Positions 61,755-64,000 of a stretch of 64,000 nucleotides of DNA are shown here, piece after piece (the stretch's first letter is position 1; each line of letters starts with the position of its first letter). The position numbers were made by a program, and so were the translations under genes. Under the pieces are notes generated by a model. It was not told where the DNA came from and ran no database searches. It saw nothing but the letters and a program-made list of their open reading frames with translations. Origin of the DNA: Trueperaceae bacterium (lineage in GTDB: Bacteria; Deinococcota; Deinococci; Deinococcales; Trueperaceae). The DNA lies in the NCBI GenBank assembly GCA_034520945.1, contig JAXHNB010000001.1:224001-288000 (forward strand). Direction: 5' to 3'.

Positions 61755-63268
61755 GGCGCCGCCTCCAGGAACGCTTGGGCGGCCTCGTCGCCGAGCACGG
61801 CGCGGACGTAGCCTTGCGGGTTCATCAGTTCGTCCCCCGCGGCTTGGGACAGCGCCAGGAACGGCCCGCTCCAGAACCCGATCAGCAGGGTCACCGCGGC
61901 CAACCCCGCGACCGGCGCGATCATCGCCCACGGCGGGCGCGGGCCCACCTCGCGCCCCTCCGGGGCGGGCTTCCAGAACGCGGCCTGCCAGATCTTGGTC
62001 ATGGAGTAGATGGTCAGCAGGCCCACCACCAGCGCCACCGCCACCAGGGCCCAGTTGCCGCTCTCGACCCCCGCGAGCAACACGGCCAGCTTGGCCCAGA
62101 ACCCCGACAGCGGCGGGAAGCCGGCCAGCGAGAAGGCCGGCACCAGGAACAACGCCGCCAGCAACGGCCGGTGCCGGTACAGCCCGCCCAAGCGGTCGAG
62201 CTCGAAGCTGCCGCCGGCGTGCCGCGCCAGGCCCGACACGAAGAACAGGTTCGCCTTGACGATGATGTGGTGCACCAGGTAGAACACCGCCCCCGCCAGG
62301 GCGAACGGCGTGTACAGCGCCAGTCCCATGATCATGTAGCCGATCTGGCTGATGATGTGAAACGACAGGATCTTGCGGAACTCGTTCTGCGCGGCGGCGC
62401 CCAACACGCCGGTCAGCATGGTGAACCCCGCCAGCCACGCCAGGACCCCGTGCGTCCACCCCACGTCCTGCGTGAACAACAGCGTGAACGCCCGCATCAG
62501 CGCGTACACGCCGACCTTGGTGAGCATGCCGGCGAAGATCGCCGACACCGCCACCGGCGGGGTGTGGTACGAGGCCGGCAACCAGAAGAACAGCGGGAAG
62601 ATCGCCGCCTTGATCCCGAACGCCACCAGGAACAACATCGCCAGCACCGTGGCCAGCGCGTCCGGGACGTGGTGCAACGCCCCGGCCAGGTCGGCCATGT
62701 TCAGAGTGCCGGTCGCGCCGTAGGTGAGGCCGATCGCGGCGAGGAACAACAGCGACGACACCAGGTTCACCGCGACGTACTTGAGGCCGCCCTCCAGCTG
62801 CGCGCGCCGATTGCCGAGCGTCAACAGCGCGAACGACGCGATCAGCAGCACCTCGAACCAGACGTACATGTTGAACAGGTCGCCGGTGAGAAAGGCGCCG
62901 TTGATGCCCGCGAGGAGCACCTGGAACAGCGGGTGGTACCCCAGCGCCTCGCGGGCCGGATCGATGTCGCGGAGCGCGTACACGGCCGTCGCGAACGCCA
63001 TCACCCCGCTGATGGCCGTCATGATGGCGGACAGGTGGTCGGCCACCAGGCTGATGCCGAACGGCGCGGGCCAGCCCCCCGCCTGCATCACCTGGATGCC
63101 GTCCTGCGACACGCGCGCCAGCAGCGCCAGCGTCAGCAGCAGCAACGCCGCGCTGGCCCCGGTCGAGATCCAGCGTTGGGCACTGCGGCGGCCGTACAGC
63201 GCGAAGCCCAGGGCGGCCGCCGCCAGCGGAAGGGCGACGGGGGAGACCAGCAGCCAGTTCACGGCCAC
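61751..63268 (-). CDS. mrpD: Mrp antiporter subunit D
   Basis: GDLFNMYVWFEV, KAAIFPLFFWLP, TKVGVY, HHIIVK. Confidence 0.95.
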   Translation of the reverse strand: MAVNWLLVSPVALPLAAAALGFALYGRRSAQRWISTGASAALLLLTLALLARVSQDGIQVMQAGGWPAPFGISLVADHLSAIMTAISGVMAFATAVYALRDIDPAREALGYHPLFQVLLAGINGAFLTGDLFNMYVWFEVLLIASFALLTLGNRRAQLEGGLKYVAVNLVSSLLFLAAIGLTYGATGTLNMADLAGALHHVPDALATVLAMLFLVAFGIKAAIFPLFFWLPASYHTPPVAVSAIFAGMLTKVGVYALMRAFTLLFTQDVGWTHGVLAWLAGFTMLTGVLGAAAQNEFRKILSFHIISQIGYMIMGLALYTPFALAGAVFYLVHHIIVKANLFFVSGLARHAGGSFELDRLGGLYRHRPLLAALFLVPAFSLAGFPPLSGFWAKLAVLLAGVESGNWALVAVALVVGLLTIYSMTKIWQAAFWKPAPEGREVGPRPPWAMIAPVAGLAAVTLLIGFWSGPFLALSQAAGDELMNPQGYVRAVLGDEAAQAFLEAAP

Positions 63269-63666
63269 GTCGCGTCCTCGTCCTCTTCGGGTCCGTCCAG
63301 GCCAGGCACCGGCCGTGGGTCGGCCATGCGTTCCGCCATGCGTTCGGTCTTGACCGTGCCGAGTCGCTCGTAGGTCCGCAGCAGCAGCACCAGCGTGAAC
63401 ACGGTGAGCCCGAAGCTGATCACGATCGCGGTGAGGATCAATGCCTGCGGCAGCGCGTTGGCGGCCCCGTCGGGGGGGACGGACGCGCCCGCGGGCACCA
63501 ACGGCGGCACCTCTTTTGTCAGGCGGCCCAGCACGAAGATCGCGACGTTCACCGAGCCGGACATCAGGATGAGCCCGAACACGAAGCGCAGCATGTTGCG
63601 TTGCATCACCAGGTACAGGCCGGAGGCGAAGAGCGCCCCGACCACGATCGCGACGGGGACCTCCAT
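63259..63666 (-). CDS. mrpC: Mrp antiporter subunit C
   Basis: LPQALILTAIVISFG. Confidence 0.93.
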   Translation of the reverse strand: MEVPVAIVVGALFASGLYLVMQRNMLRFVFGLILMSGSVNVAIFVLGRLTKEVPPLVPAGASVPPDGAANALPQALILTAIVISFGLTVFTLVLLLRTYERLGTVKTERMAERMADPRPVPGLDGPEEDEDATWP

Positions 63667-64000
63667 CAGTGTTCCTCCAACGCGAACAACATGGTGAGCA
63701 CCACCCCGATCACCACCAGGTACACCCCGACGTCGAACAACAGCGGCGTGCTGAGCTTGAGTTCCAACCCGCCCAGGTCGCGGATCCACCACAGCCCCGT
63801 CAGGAACTCCCGGCCGGCCAGGGCGGCCAGCAGGCCCGCCCCCGCGGCGGCGGAGAGCCCGAGGCCGATCACCGCTTGCGGCGTCACCCGAAGCAGCTGG
63901 GCGGCCGCCGGGGCGCCGTAGGCGATGGCGTACAAGGCCAATGCCGCCGCCGCCACGAGCCCGCCGATGAAGCCGCCGCCCGGCAGGTCGTGCCCGCGGA
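63666..64000 (-). CDS. mrpB: Mrp antiporter subunit B domain (5' end outside window)
   Basis: RGHDLPGGGFIGGL, FDVGVYLVV. Confidence 0.88.
   Translation of the reverse strand, partial: RGHDLPGGGFIGGLVAAAALALYAIAYGAPAAAQLLRVTPQAVIGLGLSAAAGAGLLAALAGREFLTGLWWIRDLGGLELKLSTPLLFDVGVYLVVIGVVLTMLFALEEH

Overview
Very GC-rich bacterial chromosomal window. Gene content and order are consistent with Deinococcota (Trueperaceae-like; inference). From left to right: a Rieske protein and a complete System I cytochrome c maturation operon (ccdA-ccmABCDEFGH plus a CcmI-like TPR protein fused to a c-type cytochrome); msrA; a NitT/TauT ABC importer; sulfide:quinone oxidoreductase; msrB; a NarL-type two-component system flanked by paralogous membrane proteins; a His-rich cupredoxin-like protein paired with a Cys-motif membrane protein; rplS; an Ig-like lipoprotein; and tRNA-Ala(GGC). 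An indel-rich stretch follows (~27.6-51 kb) containing a MacB/FtsX-type ABC, a lycopene-cyclase-like protein, a blue-copper protein, YceI, TlpA-CcdA, and a ROK-regulated sugar ABC/three-sulfatase locus with both FGE and anSME maturases. The window ends with two tandem PQQ/GSDH paralogs, a pncA-nadE-nadD-pncB-MOSC NAD salvage operon whose NAD synthetase looks strikingly eukaryote-like (Qns1/NADSYN1 type), and mrpB-G. Many genes between 28 and 51 kb carry single-base frameshifts, most likely long-read consensus errors. No CRISPR array, rRNA, integrase or transposase was seen. All family assignments rest on motif recognition by eye, not database searches.
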